Origin: Sphingomonas sp.
Lineage (GTDB): Bacteria; Pseudomonadota; Alphaproteobacteria; Sphingomonadales; Sphingomonadaceae
Direction: 5' to 3'
Length of the DNA stretch: 43,433 nt
Assembly (NCBI GenBank): GCA_042096015.1
Contig: JBELMF010000001.1
Coordinates: forward strand, 1 to 43,433
A program made the translations under genes and the position numbers. The notes under the pieces were generated by a model. That model saw only the letters and a program-made list of their open reading frames with translations. It made no database searches and had not been told where the DNA came from. Position 1 is the stretch's first letter. Each line of letters opens with the position of its first letter. Below, piece by piece: positions 29,995 through 38,631 of the stretch.

Positions 29995-30534
29995 CTACTT
30001 TCGAGATGCCGCCACCGACGGCGCGCCGTCCGCCCAGTCCTGTCGACCCGGCGCGAAGAAGTCGATGTCGATCGTGTCCACGGGACAGTGGAACTCGTGC
30101 GGCACGTTGGGCGGGATCACGAGGATGGTGCCGGCAGTCATCGTGAACCTCCTGCCCTGCGAGAAGACGTCGCATCTGCCCGCCACGATCCAGGTGATCT
30201 GTTCGTTGGCATGGTGATGGAGCGGAAAAACGCCGCCGGCCTTCACCGTCCATTTCACGAACGTCGACTGCGCCCCGCTCAGATACTGGCGCTGCACCAG
30301 CGGGTTGATCTGCTCGGCCGGCTGCCGGTCGAGTGCGTACAGGATCGGCAGCGCCGCCGTGTGGCCGCTGATGATCGGGATCACGCCCTTACCGGGGGCA
30401 TCGACCACGGCCGGTGCATCCTCCATCGACGGGGCGACCTGGGCCATGGCGATGCCGTCACTCGCGGGCGACAGCGCCACAAGCAACAGGCCGCCGCCTG
30501 CCTTCAGGGCGGTGCGAGACAGAACGAACTTCAT
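29995..30534 (-). CDS. Cupin domain protein with predicted signal peptide
   Basis: Start MKFVLSR at 30534 overlapping the upstream stop. Hydrophobic leader, then PLHHHANEQ and PPNVPHEF. Confidence 0.82.
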   Translation of the reverse strand: MKFVLSRTALKAGGGLLLVALSPASDGIAMAQVAPSMEDAPAVVDAPGKGVIPIISGHTAALPILYALDRQPAEQINPLVQRQYLSGAQSTFVKWTVKAGGVFPLHHHANEQITWIVAGRCDVFSQGRRFTMTAGTILVIPPNVPHEFHCPVDTIDIDFFAPGRQDWADGAPSVAASRK

Positions 30535-31577
30535 CGCGGGATGGTCCCGGCGGCCTGCTGCCGGCGGATCGCATCGACGAGAGCCTCGACGGAGTCGACC
30601 GTCTCCGTGAAGCCCGCGCGCCGGATCTTGCCCATGTCCGACACGACGTCGAACTCCGCCCCGAAGACGAAATCGCCGAAGCCCCAGCCAATGGCCTCCT
30701 CGTAGGCAAGGGAAAGGTGCTGTGAAGCCGTGAGGCGCTCCCACGCCGGTCGCTGCAGCGGCATGTGCCGGGCCAGCGTGATCGGCAGGGGTGGTCCCAC
30801 GGGAAGGTCAAGGGCCCGGGCCAGGCGTATCCACACCCGCTCCCACCGGAACGGCTCATGGACGTAGTTGAAGGCCTCTCCCTTCGCGGCTGCCGCGGTC
30901 GCCGCCCACAGGCTGGCACGGGCGAGCGCGCGGGCGTCGGTGACTTGCGCGAGAACGTGGCGATACACGCGTTCGGTTCCCGGAAAGCGGAACGCGGCCC
31001 CCTGCTCCCGGCACAAGGCGGCATAGGCGCCGATCACCGTTGCGATGTTCATGGCATTGCCGGCAGCATCCCCTACCACGACGTCGGGCCTCAGGATCGT
31101 CCAGTCCGGCCCGCCATCGCCCTCTCTCCGCACCAGCTCTGCGGCCTGGGTCTGGTAGAAGTTCGGTCCCAGATGCGGCGGGTTGTCGTCCTCGTAGAAG
31201 GGCGAGGCGACGGGCCCGAGATGCACACCGTAGATCTTGGCCCCTTGGTAGAGCACCACCCGTTCCAGCGGCGCACCGACCGCCTTCAGCCCGTCCAGCA
31301 GGTTGCGGAGCATCGCGCCGTTCGCCGCATCCTCCGCCGCGAGATCGCCGCCCGGCGCGTAGGCGGCGTAGAACAGGTGGGTGGTATCGCGTGCCGCTTC
31401 GAGCGCCACGCGGGTCGCTGCAGGATCGCGTAGATCTGCGGCGATGCTCTCGGCCGCGCCTGCGGGCGTGCGGGAGAGACCGCGGACGTGCCAGTCGGGG
31501 CGTTCGAGAATTTCCTCGACGAGCGCCTTGCCGATGATGCCGCGGGCACCGGCGACCAGAGCGATTCGTTGCGTCAT
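30531..31577 (-). CDS. PRISE (progesterone 5-beta-reductase/iridoid synthase-like) atypical SDR
   Basis: GARGIIG, QGAKIYGVHLG, PNFY, WTILRP, GEAFN, DMGKIRRAGF. Confidence 0.82.
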   Translation of the reverse strand: MTQRIALVAGARGIIGKALVEEILERPDWHVRGLSRTPAGAAESIAADLRDPAATRVALEAARDTTHLFYAAYAPGGDLAAEDAANGAMLRNLLDGLKAVGAPLERVVLYQGAKIYGVHLGPVASPFYEDDNPPHLGPNFYQTQAAELVRREGDGGPDWTILRPDVVVGDAAGNAMNIATVIGAYAALCREQGAAFRFPGTERVYRHVLAQVTDARALARASLWAATAAAAKGEAFNYVHEPFRWERVWIRLARALDLPVGPPLPITLARHMPLQRPAWERLTASQHLSLAYEEAIGWGFGDFVFGAEFDVVSDMGKIRRAGFTETVDSVEALVDAIRRQQAAGTIPR

Positions 31578-31589
31578 CCTAATCGCTCC

Positions 31590-31892
31590 TCAGACCAGGC
31601 GACGGAGAGGTTCGAGCCGCAACGGCTCGCCCAGCAGTTCATCGAAGCGCGCGGCAAGCCCGGACAGGCTGGGTGCCTTTGCATGTGCATCCAGCGCGGC
31701 CTGATCGGCCCACACCTCGTACATCACCACGGTGCCGGGGCGCTCCCGGCTGACATGGGGAACATAGGCGATGCAGCCCGGCTCTCCACGCACCGCCGGC
31801 ACGATCGCGAGCACGGCGTCGATCAGCGCCTGCTCCCTCCCCGGGCGCGCGACGAGATGCGCGATGAGCTGGATCTGTCGGTCGTCAGTCAT
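31590..31892 (-). CDS. ABM/putative quinol monooxygenase
   Basis: ARPGRE, VRGEPGCIAY, YEVWADQAALDAH. 100 aa. Confidence 0.88.
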   Translation of the reverse strand: MTDDRQIQLIAHLVARPGREQALIDAVLAIVPAVRGEPGCIAYVPHVSRERPGTVVMYEVWADQAALDAHAKAPSLSGLAARFDELLGEPLRLEPLRRLV

Positions 31893-31901
31893 GGGTCTGC
31901 C

Positions 31902-33035
31902 TCACTTGAGAAGAACGGGGCCGTGGCCGATCGCGACGCGCAGCAACTGATAGGGCTGCCGCCGAAGATCCTCGCCCTGGTGAAAGCCTGCCTGCCGATG
32001 GAGCTGGTTGGCCGTGAAATAGAGGTTGCGGTCCGCCCCGACGGAAAGCGTGTCCGGCCAGAGGATGCGCGGATCGCGGGCGATCGTCTCCCACTTCCCG
32101 TCCGAGAAGCGGCGGACCGCGCCATTCTCGTAGTCGCCTGCGTAGATGTTGCCGGCATCGTCCTCGGCCAATCCATCGGACGGTGCCTTCGGATCGAGAT
32201 CCCTGACCGCAGCCGCGATCTCGGTGTCGGAGACCGCCGGATCGCGCAGCAGAGCGGTGGGGACGGAGTAGAAGTGCCGGCTGGACAGGGCGCAGTAGTA
32301 CAGCGTTCCGCCGTCGGGAGAGATGGCGATGCCGTCGGTCGCGACCAGCCACGGCGTCGGCTTGCCGCCGGCCGGCCGGTTCATCAGCGTCTGCCCCTCG
32401 ATAACCGGCGTGAAGCCTGGATCCGGCATGGTGGTTGGATGGCCGGACAGCCGGCGCATGGCCCTGCCGCTCGCAAGGTCGACGACGATGATGCCGCCCG
32501 GCCCCTTGATCGAGCTGTCGGTGATGTAGGCGACGCCGCCCTCCCCCTGCCGCAGGTCGAAGCGGACGTCGTTCAGATAGGTCGTGGGGAGGACCACGTC
32601 GGGCCCGAGCACGAGCGTCCGCACAACCTTGTCGGTGGCGAGGTCGATGGCCACCAGCTTGGCGCCGCCGGCGGTCGGCGCAGCGAAGCCCGGCGCGGCG
32701 GTGTCCAGCACCCACAGCCGGTTGGCAGCGTCCACCACCACGCTCTGCACGCTGATGAAGTGCTCCGCCGGCCCGCCCTTCGCCACGTCGTTGACGCGCG
32801 CGTCCGGATAGGCCGTGACCTTGCCGTTCTTCAGTTCCCCGACCGTGAACGGCGGCCTGTCGCCCCATTGCGGATAGTTGAGGAAGATGCGCCCGTTCGG
32901 CGCCACCGTCACCCCGGTCGGCATCGCGCCGCGCAGGTCGGCGACGACCTCGACCCGGGGCGACGAGGTCTGTGCAAGGGCGGGAGCGCCCGTCAGGCTC
33001 GCAGCGGTGGCGAGCAGCGGAAAGATTCGGAACAT
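31902..33035 (-). CDS. Major royal jelly protein/yellow (L-dopachrome tautomerase-related) family protein, secreted
   Basis: Signal peptide ending ALA-Q. Motifs PTGVTV, SVQSVVVD..RLWVLDT, YLNDVRFD, AYITDSS, DGIAIS, WPDT, NQLHRQ. Confidence 0.87.
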   Translation of the reverse strand: MFRIFPLLATAASLTGAPALAQTSSPRVEVVADLRGAMPTGVTVAPNGRIFLNYPQWGDRPPFTVGELKNGKVTAYPDARVNDVAKGGPAEHFISVQSVVVDAANRLWVLDTAAPGFAAPTAGGAKLVAIDLATDKVVRTLVLGPDVVLPTTYLNDVRFDLRQGEGGVAYITDSSIKGPGGIIVVDLASGRAMRRLSGHPTTMPDPGFTPVIEGQTLMNRPAGGKPTPWLVATDGIAISPDGGTLYYCALSSRHFYSVPTALLRDPAVSDTEIAAAVRDLDPKAPSDGLAEDDAGNIYAGDYENGAVRRFSDGKWETIARDPRILWPDTLSVGADRNLYFTANQLHRQAGFHQGEDLRRQPYQLLRVAIGHGPVLLK

Positions 33036-33044
33036 GGTGGCCTT

Positions 33045-33458
33045 TCAGACGGGCAGCGGGCGGTTGGGGCTGTCGAGGAACTCGACCGTGACGAACGCTA
33101 TGGGCGCACTGCCGATGTTCGTGAGGTCGTGGACCATCGCCGAGCCGCCGGGGAAGTCGAGGTGGAGGGTCTCGCCCCGATGATATTCGTAGAGCCGGAG
33201 GCTACCGTCGCCGTAGCGCGAGCGTGCCCGGCCGGGCAGCAGCGCCGTCCAGAAGTAGTTCAGCACGTGGCGATGGAAGGGCATGCGTTCGCCAGGCTCG
33301 AGATGCATCATCCAGACCCGGACGAGGTCCGTCTCGGATACGAGCTGCTGCCCCACGCGGCCGTTGAACCATTTGGCTTCGAGCTCCGCGCGCGCTTCGA
33401 CCGGCCAGTCGTCCGGGGCATCGTCGAAGTCGTGCGCCTTCACGCTGACGAGGGGCAT
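33045..33458 (-). CDS. Cupin domain protein
   Basis: VRVW..LEPGERMPFHRH, MVHDLTNIG, FVTVEF. Confidence 0.8.
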   Translation of the reverse strand: MPLVSVKAHDFDDAPDDWPVEARAELEAKWFNGRVGQQLVSETDLVRVWMMHLEPGERMPFHRHVLNYFWTALLPGRARSRYGDGSLRLYEYHRGETLHLDFPGGSAMVHDLTNIGSAPIAFVTVEFLDSPNRPLPV

Positions 33459-33943
33459 CAGAGGATCTCCGCCCAGAGATAGACGAGGCAGGCGCAGTCG
33501 CGCGGCATCTCGGGGTTGGTCGCGATGGCGCGCGAATGGCGGCCGCGTTCACCCAGCACCGTGTTCAGCAGGTTCGATGCTCCGTCCAGCACCTCAGGCG
33601 TGTCGGTGAAGCCGGGCGCGACGTTCAGGACGCCCTCCACCCTCACGAGGCGGACGATGCGGTCCGGCGATCCAGCCGCCGCGGCGATCTGCGCCAACCC
33701 GTACAACGCCGAGAGACGACAGGCGTCGTAACCCTGCTGCGGTGTCAGCGCGGCACCGATCTTCCCCTTGTAGGCCAGCGTGCCGTCCGCGGCCCAGGGC
33801 AGCTGGCCCGACGTGTAGACCATGTTCCCGACCACCGAGTATGCGTCATAGTCCGCCACCCCCGCCGGCGCCGCGGGCAGTGCAAGACCGAGCCGCGCGA
33901 GAGCCGCTTCGACGCTGCCGGACGGAAGCGGTGTGCGGCTCAT
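33458..33943 (-). CDS. RidA/YjgF family protein
   Basis: LGLALP..P..VADY, YTSGQLP, GKIG, GASNLL..VLGERGRHSR. Confidence 0.85.
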   Translation of the reverse strand: MSRTPLPSGSVEAALARLGLALPAAPAGVADYDAYSVVGNMVYTSGQLPWAADGTLAYKGKIGAALTPQQGYDACRLSALYGLAQIAAAAGSPDRIVRLVRVEGVLNVAPGFTDTPEVLDGASNLLNTVLGERGRHSRAIATNPEMPRDCACLVYLWAEIL

Positions 33944-34488
33944 CTCGGCACCACCTCGATCTGCTGGAGGAAGGTCAGATTGTCCTCCAGGTGCCAGTTG
34001 TCCGTGATCCGCCCGTCGCGCACGCGCACGATGTCGGTGGCGATGAAATCGACCGGCTGTCCCTGCCCCGCACGGCCCGCGAAGAACCCGGTGAAATGCC
34101 CGGTGAACCGCAGGTGCGAGACGACCCGATCGGCAACGATCAGCCGCTGGACCACCGTGACTTTCAAGTCCGGCACGGCGCCGAGAAAGGCCTTCGACGC
34201 CGCAGCCGGGCCTGCCGGCCCTTGCGGCCGGCCGGGCGGGAGCGTGTGGTCGACGAAGTCGGCACCGATCGCGCGCGCGAGGAGCGCAGGGCTCCCGTTC
34301 GCCCAGAAGCCATAGAAGGCGTCCACAGGCGCAAGCAGCGCCGCGATGCGGCCGGCCGGAAGGTCGCGCGCGATGATCTGCTCCTGCGGCCGGGTCGCCG
34401 CGATGGCGGCGGCATCCCCGAGCCGTTGCGCCTGGCCCGGTGCCGCCGACGCGACGAGAGCAAACGCGATCAATGCCGGAACTCTCAT
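33940..34488 (-). CDS. SnoaL-like ester cyclase family protein with signal peptide
   Basis: Hydrophobic leader, FVDHTLPPGRPQGPAG, AVPDL, FTGHFTG, ITDNWHLEDNL. Confidence 0.85.
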   Translation of the reverse strand: MRVPALIAFALVASAAPGQAQRLGDAAAIAATRPQEQIIARDLPAGRIAALLAPVDAFYGFWANGSPALLARAIGADFVDHTLPPGRPQGPAGPAAASKAFLGAVPDLKVTVVQRLIVADRVVSHLRFTGHFTGFFAGRAGQGQPVDFIATDIVRVRDGRITDNWHLEDNLTFLQQIEVVPR

Positions 34489-34503
34489 GTCGTTCTTCGC
34501 TCC

Positions 34504-35228
34504 TCAGGCGATCGTCGCGCCGCCGTCGACCGTCAAGGTCGCGCCGGTCGCGAAGGGGTTGGTGGCGAGAAGCAGGATCGCGGCGGCGATGTCGTCCGGG
34601 CTGCCGACGCGCCGTGCAGGCAGACGCGCCGTGCAGGCAGACGCGCCGCGGACCGCTCGAACATCGCGGCCCGGTCCGCGTCTGCCATTCCGGCGTAGAG
34701 CGGCGTGTCGATCAGGCCCGGCGAAACGGTGTTCACCCGGACTGGCGCGCGTTCCAGCGCCAGCCCTCGCGCGAGCGCCTCCAGCGCGGCGTTGATGGCG
34801 CCCTGCAGCACGGAAGCGGCGCTGGGCCGATGCGACAGGAAGCCGGAGACGAAGGTCAGCGAGCCTGCATCCGCGATCCGGGCCGCGCGCCCGATCCGGT
34901 AGGCTCCCCAGAACTTGCTCTCGAAGGACGCCTTGGCATCATCCAGCGCCAGCGCTCCCACCGGCCCGCTCTTCGTCCGGGCCGCCGAGACAACGACGTG
35001 ATCGAAGGGCGCCTCGCGGGCGAACAACGCGTCCACGGCCGCGGCGTCGCCGGTGTCGAGCACCGTGCACCGCACGCCAAGATCGCGCGCAGCCTCCGCC
35101 AGCCGACCCTCATCGCGCGCGCAGATCAGCACATCGGCGCCGGCCTGCCGGAACCGCGCAGCAGTGGCCCTGCCAATGCCGCTGCTGCCGCCCACCACCA
35201 GGACGCGGGTATCTTTCAGGTCGATCAT
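34504..35228 (-). pseudogene. SDR oxidoreductase frameshifted near its C-terminus by a 17-bp tandem duplication
   Basis: Start MIDLKD at 35228, GGSSGIG, RVNTVSPG. GACGCGCCGTGCAGGCA is duplicated at 34606-34639. Removing one copy restores RRVGSPDDIAAAI..TVDGGATIA* (stop at 34504). Confidence 0.85.
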
Positions 35229-35325
35229 CCGTCGCGCTCCTTGCTGCCAATCGGATCTGGCCATTCCGCCTCGGCGTCTCCATGCCGAAGTTCGCATACG
35301 TGCCATGCGGGTGCGCATGGCCCTC

Positions 35326-35523
35326 TCAGGGCTTCCGGCCGCTGCGCTCCTCGGCGCGAAGCAGCACCGACGCGGGCAGGAGCGACCCCAGGCCGGCAAG
35401 GATCGCCGCGATGGGTCGGTCCTCGATGACCGTGAGAGCGGCCGCATAGAGCATGATCCACGTTGCCAGCGTGACCGCCGGCCCGGTGATCCGGTGCGCC
35501 CGGAAGTGTGCCTTCATGGCCAT
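35326..35523 (-). CDS. Small putative membrane protein
   Basis: 65-aa ORF with two hydrophobic stretches, co-oriented between two SDR genes. Confidence 0.35.
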   Translation of the reverse strand: MAMKAHFRAHRITGPAVTLATWIMLYAAALTVIEDRPIAAILAGLGSLLPASVLLRAEERSGRKP

Positions 35524-35582
35524 CCTCGCTGTCCGGCATGCGCCGGTCTCCGGAGCGTCGGCTCCGGAGACCGGAAGCACGG

Positions 35583-36353
35583 TCAGGCCGCGAGCGGCAC
35601 CGGGATCGGCTCTTCCGCCATTGCGGCGTTGAAGCCGTTCACGACTTCGTGCTCATTTGCACCCGGATTGTCGCGGAACGCCTTGATGGCGTCGACGATG
35701 ATCTCCTCATCGTCGCCCGCCAGCTTCGCCATGGTCTCCTCGATGAAGGCGTCGAGCGGCATGGCGCGCGGGTCACCGCTCTTGCCGACGAGATCGGTGT
35801 CCACCCACGGCGGCGCGATCTCCTGGACGCGGACCGAGGTGTCCCGCAGCATGAAGCGCTGCGACAGCGTGTAGGTGTGGAGCGCGGCCTTGCTGGCCGA
35901 ATACACCGCGTTGGTGGCGAGCGGCACGTAGGCGAGCACCGAAGTGTTGTTGATGATCGTGCTGCGCGGCTGCGCCTTCAGATGCTCGATGAGCGCCGAC
36001 GTCATGCGGATCGGACCGAGCAGGTTCGTCGTCAGGATCGCTTGGCTCACGGCATCGTCGATCTCGGTCGAGGGGTCGTCGAACGGCATGATGCCGGCGT
36101 TGTTGATGAGGACGTTGAGCTTCGGAAAGCGGCTCTTCAGCTCGGCCGCCGCCGCGTCGATGCTGGCGGCGTCCGCGATGTCGAGCCGGATCGCCGCCAT
36201 GCCGGGGTTCGCCGCCGTGACCTCATCGAGCAGCGCCTGGCGCCGGCCCGCGATGATGACCTGGTTGCCGAGCGCGTGGAAGCGCTCGGCGAGCGCGCGC
36301 CCGATCCCCGAGGTCGCGCCGGTGATGAAGATGGTGTTGTCGGTCAGTTGCAT
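35583..36353 (-). CDS. SDR oxidoreductase (DltE-like)
   Basis: Start MQLTDNTIFITGATSGIG at 36353 (AGGAG RBS). NNAG, YSASKAALH, EIAPPWVDTDL. Confidence 0.9.
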   Translation of the reverse strand: MQLTDNTIFITGATSGIGRALAERFHALGNQVIIAGRRQALLDEVTAANPGMAAIRLDIADAASIDAAAAELKSRFPKLNVLINNAGIMPFDDPSTEIDDAVSQAILTTNLLGPIRMTSALIEHLKAQPRSTIINNTSVLAYVPLATNAVYSASKAALHTYTLSQRFMLRDTSVRVQEIAPPWVDTDLVGKSGDPRAMPLDAFIEETMAKLAGDDEEIIVDAIKAFRDNPGANEHEVVNGFNAAMAEEPIPVPLAA

Positions 36354-36402
36354 GACGCTTCTCCTATGTTGAGATGTGAGGATCGGTTGTCGTGCGTGCC
36401 GC

Positions 36403-37197
36403 TCAGGCCACGGCTGCGAGATAGCGGGCGCCGGGGCGGGCATGGCCGAGGTCGCTGGTGATGCGGCGGCGCAGCGCCTCATAATCGTCCCACAGCGCGC
36501 CATCCTGCAGCGGCGGGATCGTCACCACCTCGCCCTGATCGAGCCCGGCCAGCGCCGCATCCACCATCTGGTCGGCCGGCATGACCAGGGGGCTGTCGGC
36601 ATATGCGCCGAAGCCGGCGATGTCCCAGAACTCGGTCGCGGTGCCGCCGGGAAGGACGGCCTGGACCCGAACGCCCTTGTCCGCCAGCTCGTGGTGCAGC
36701 GACTGGGTGAAGGCCAGGACGAACGCCTTGGTGCCGCCGTACACGCCGTTCAGGATCTCGGGGCCGATCGCCACGATCGACGAGATGTTGACGATCGTGC
36801 CCGTGCCCCGCGCCGCGAACCCCGGTGCGGCGGCGTAGGTGAGGCGCATCAGCGCGGTGACGTTGAGGTCCACCATCAGCTCCATGCGCTCGACGTCGCT
36901 GCCCAGCAGCGGCGTGACGCCGCCGAACCCTGCATTGTTGACGAGCATGGTGATGGCGGCATTGTCGCGCAGCACCCGCTCGACGCGGAACAGGTCGTCG
37001 GCATCGGAAAGGTCGGCGGTCAGCACGTTGACGGATCGACCGGTGTCGTCGGTGATGCGTTGCGCGACCGCCTGCAGCCGATCGGTATTGCGCGCGACCA
37101 GGATCAGGTCGTGACCACGCCTGGCCAGCCGATCCGCGTAGATCGCGCCGATCCCGCTTGAGGCGCCAGTCACCAGCGCGGTTCCCATCTTGCTCAT
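36403..37197 (-). CDS. SDR oxidoreductase
   Basis: Start MSKMGTALVTGASSGIG at 37197. NNAG, YGGTK. Confidence 0.9.
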   Translation of the reverse strand: MSKMGTALVTGASSGIGAIYADRLARRGHDLILVARNTDRLQAVAQRITDDTGRSVNVLTADLSDADDLFRVERVLRDNAAITMLVNNAGFGGVTPLLGSDVERMELMVDLNVTALMRLTYAAAPGFAARGTGTIVNISSIVAIGPEILNGVYGGTKAFVLAFTQSLHHELADKGVRVQAVLPGGTATEFWDIAGFGAYADSPLVMPADQMVDAALAGLDQGEVVTIPPLQDGALWDDYEALRRRITSDLGHARPGARYLAAVA

Positions 37198-37254
37198 CGT
37201 AAACTTCCTTCTGCCGCCCGATGCGGTGAGGCTGGATCTAGGCTTGCCGCGTCG

Positions 37255-37289
37255 TGTCCGAAATGACATAGAAACGGCATATCTGGACA
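37255..37289. promoter_or_regulatory. Imperfect inverted repeat TGTCC..ATG..CAT..GGACA, candidate site for the adjacent AraC regulator
   Basis: AT-richer patch between the divergent SDR and GlxA genes. Confidence 0.35.
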
Positions 37290-37301
37290 TTCGGAGGTCA
37301 G

Positions 37302-38255
37302 GTGCGCAAGGTCGGTTTCATCCTCCACCCCGGCTACTCGCCGATGAGCCTGGCGGTCTCGACGGTGTTCGAGATCGCGAACCTGCAGGCAGGGGAGCCG
37401 GTCTACGACGTGCGCATGCTCTCCGAGGAAGGCGGCCCCGTTCGAACCTCCGTGGGATTCGAAGTGATGACCGTTGCCTTCTCCGGCGATCCGCTCGACC
37501 TGCTGGTGGTCGGCGGCAGCATGGAGGATGCGACGCCCGAGGTGGTCGCCTTCGTCCGCCGCGCGCCCACCTTCTCCCGCCGCATCGCGGCGCCCTGCAT
37601 CGGCGCGCTGGTCCTCGCCGAGGCAGGCCTGCTCGACGGTCGGCGCGCCACCACCCACTGGATGTATGCGCGCGGCATGGCCGAGCGCTTCCCGCGGGTG
37701 AAGGTGGAGGAGGATCGCATCTTCATCGCCGACGGACCCGTATGGACCTCGGCGGGCATGACCGCCGGCATCGACCTGGCGCTGGCGCTGGTGGAGGAGG
37801 ATCTCGGCATCGAGGCCGCCCGCCACGTCGCGCGCAAGCTGGTCGTCTATCATCGCCGCAGCGGCGGGCAGTCGCAGTTCTCGACGCTGCTGGAGCTGGA
37901 GCCGAAGAGCGACAGCATGCAGGCGGTGCTCACCTTCGCCCGCCGCAATCTCACCACGCGCCTCTCGGTCGAGGACCTTGCCGAGGTCGCCCACCTCTCC
38001 CCGCGCCAGTTCAGCCGCGCGTTCCAGGCCGAGACCGGGCAGTCGCCTGCCAAGGCGATCGAGAACCTCCGGCTGGAGGCGGCGCGCACGCTGATGGAGG
38101 ACAGCAACCACCCGATCGACACGGTCGCCCGGCAGACCGGCTTTGCGGACCGCGACCGGATGCGTCGCGCCTTTCTGCGCGCCTACGGCCAGCCGCCGCA
38201 GGTCCTGCGGCGCGCGGCGCGCGCCGGAACCGACCGGGAGCTTGTGGAGGCCTGA
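37302..38255 (+). CDS. GlxA family transcriptional regulator (DJ-1/PfpI + AraC HTH)
   Basis: CIGA..LAEAGLLDGRRATTHW, WTSAGMTAGIDL, RSGGQSQFS, LSPRQFSRAF, MRRAFLR. Confidence 0.92.
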   Translation: MRKVGFILHPGYSPMSLAVSTVFEIANLQAGEPVYDVRMLSEEGGPVRTSVGFEVMTVAFSGDPLDLLVVGGSMEDATPEVVAFVRRAPTFSRRIAAPCIGALVLAEAGLLDGRRATTHWMYARGMAERFPRVKVEEDRIFIADGPVWTSAGMTAGIDLALALVEEDLGIEAARHVARKLVVYHRRSGGQSQFSTLLELEPKSDSMQAVLTFARRNLTTRLSVEDLAEVAHLSPRQFSRAFQAETGQSPAKAIENLRLEAARTLMEDSNHPIDTVARQTGFADRDRMRRAFLRAYGQPPQVLRRAARAGTDRELVEA

Positions 38256-38528
38256 GCCGCTCGTCCTCATAGAACCCGCAGCCAGCACGCGAGAAGCAGC
38301 GCCAGCAGGCCCGAGGCGTCCGTCACGCAGCGGAGAAGAGGGTCTGGAAGCGGTCTGCCTTGGACGATCATTGCCAGCTTCCATCTCGAGGGTGCCGGGC
38401 CGGCGCTGCAGGGGGGCAGGTGCAGCGTCAGGGGGAGGGGACAAGCCGGCCCGGTCGAACGAAAGATTGGCTCCTCGCGACCATTCGGGACAGCCGTTCG
38501 GAGGTAGGCCCATCCCGTCCGTTGGTAG

Positions 38529-38573
38529 GTATGGGAGCCCACGCACCCATGCGCGCGCGTATGGCGGCCATAC
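38529..38573. promoter_or_regulatory. Cluster of GTATGG/CCATAC half-sites
   Basis: GTATGG at 38529 and 38559 and CCATAC at 38568, upstream of the second yellow/MRJP gene. Confidence 0.4.
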
Positions 38574-38631
38574 GTGTTCGGCCGGTCACAGAGACGTGGC
38601 GAAGGGTCATAATCCAGGCGGAGGACCCGTC

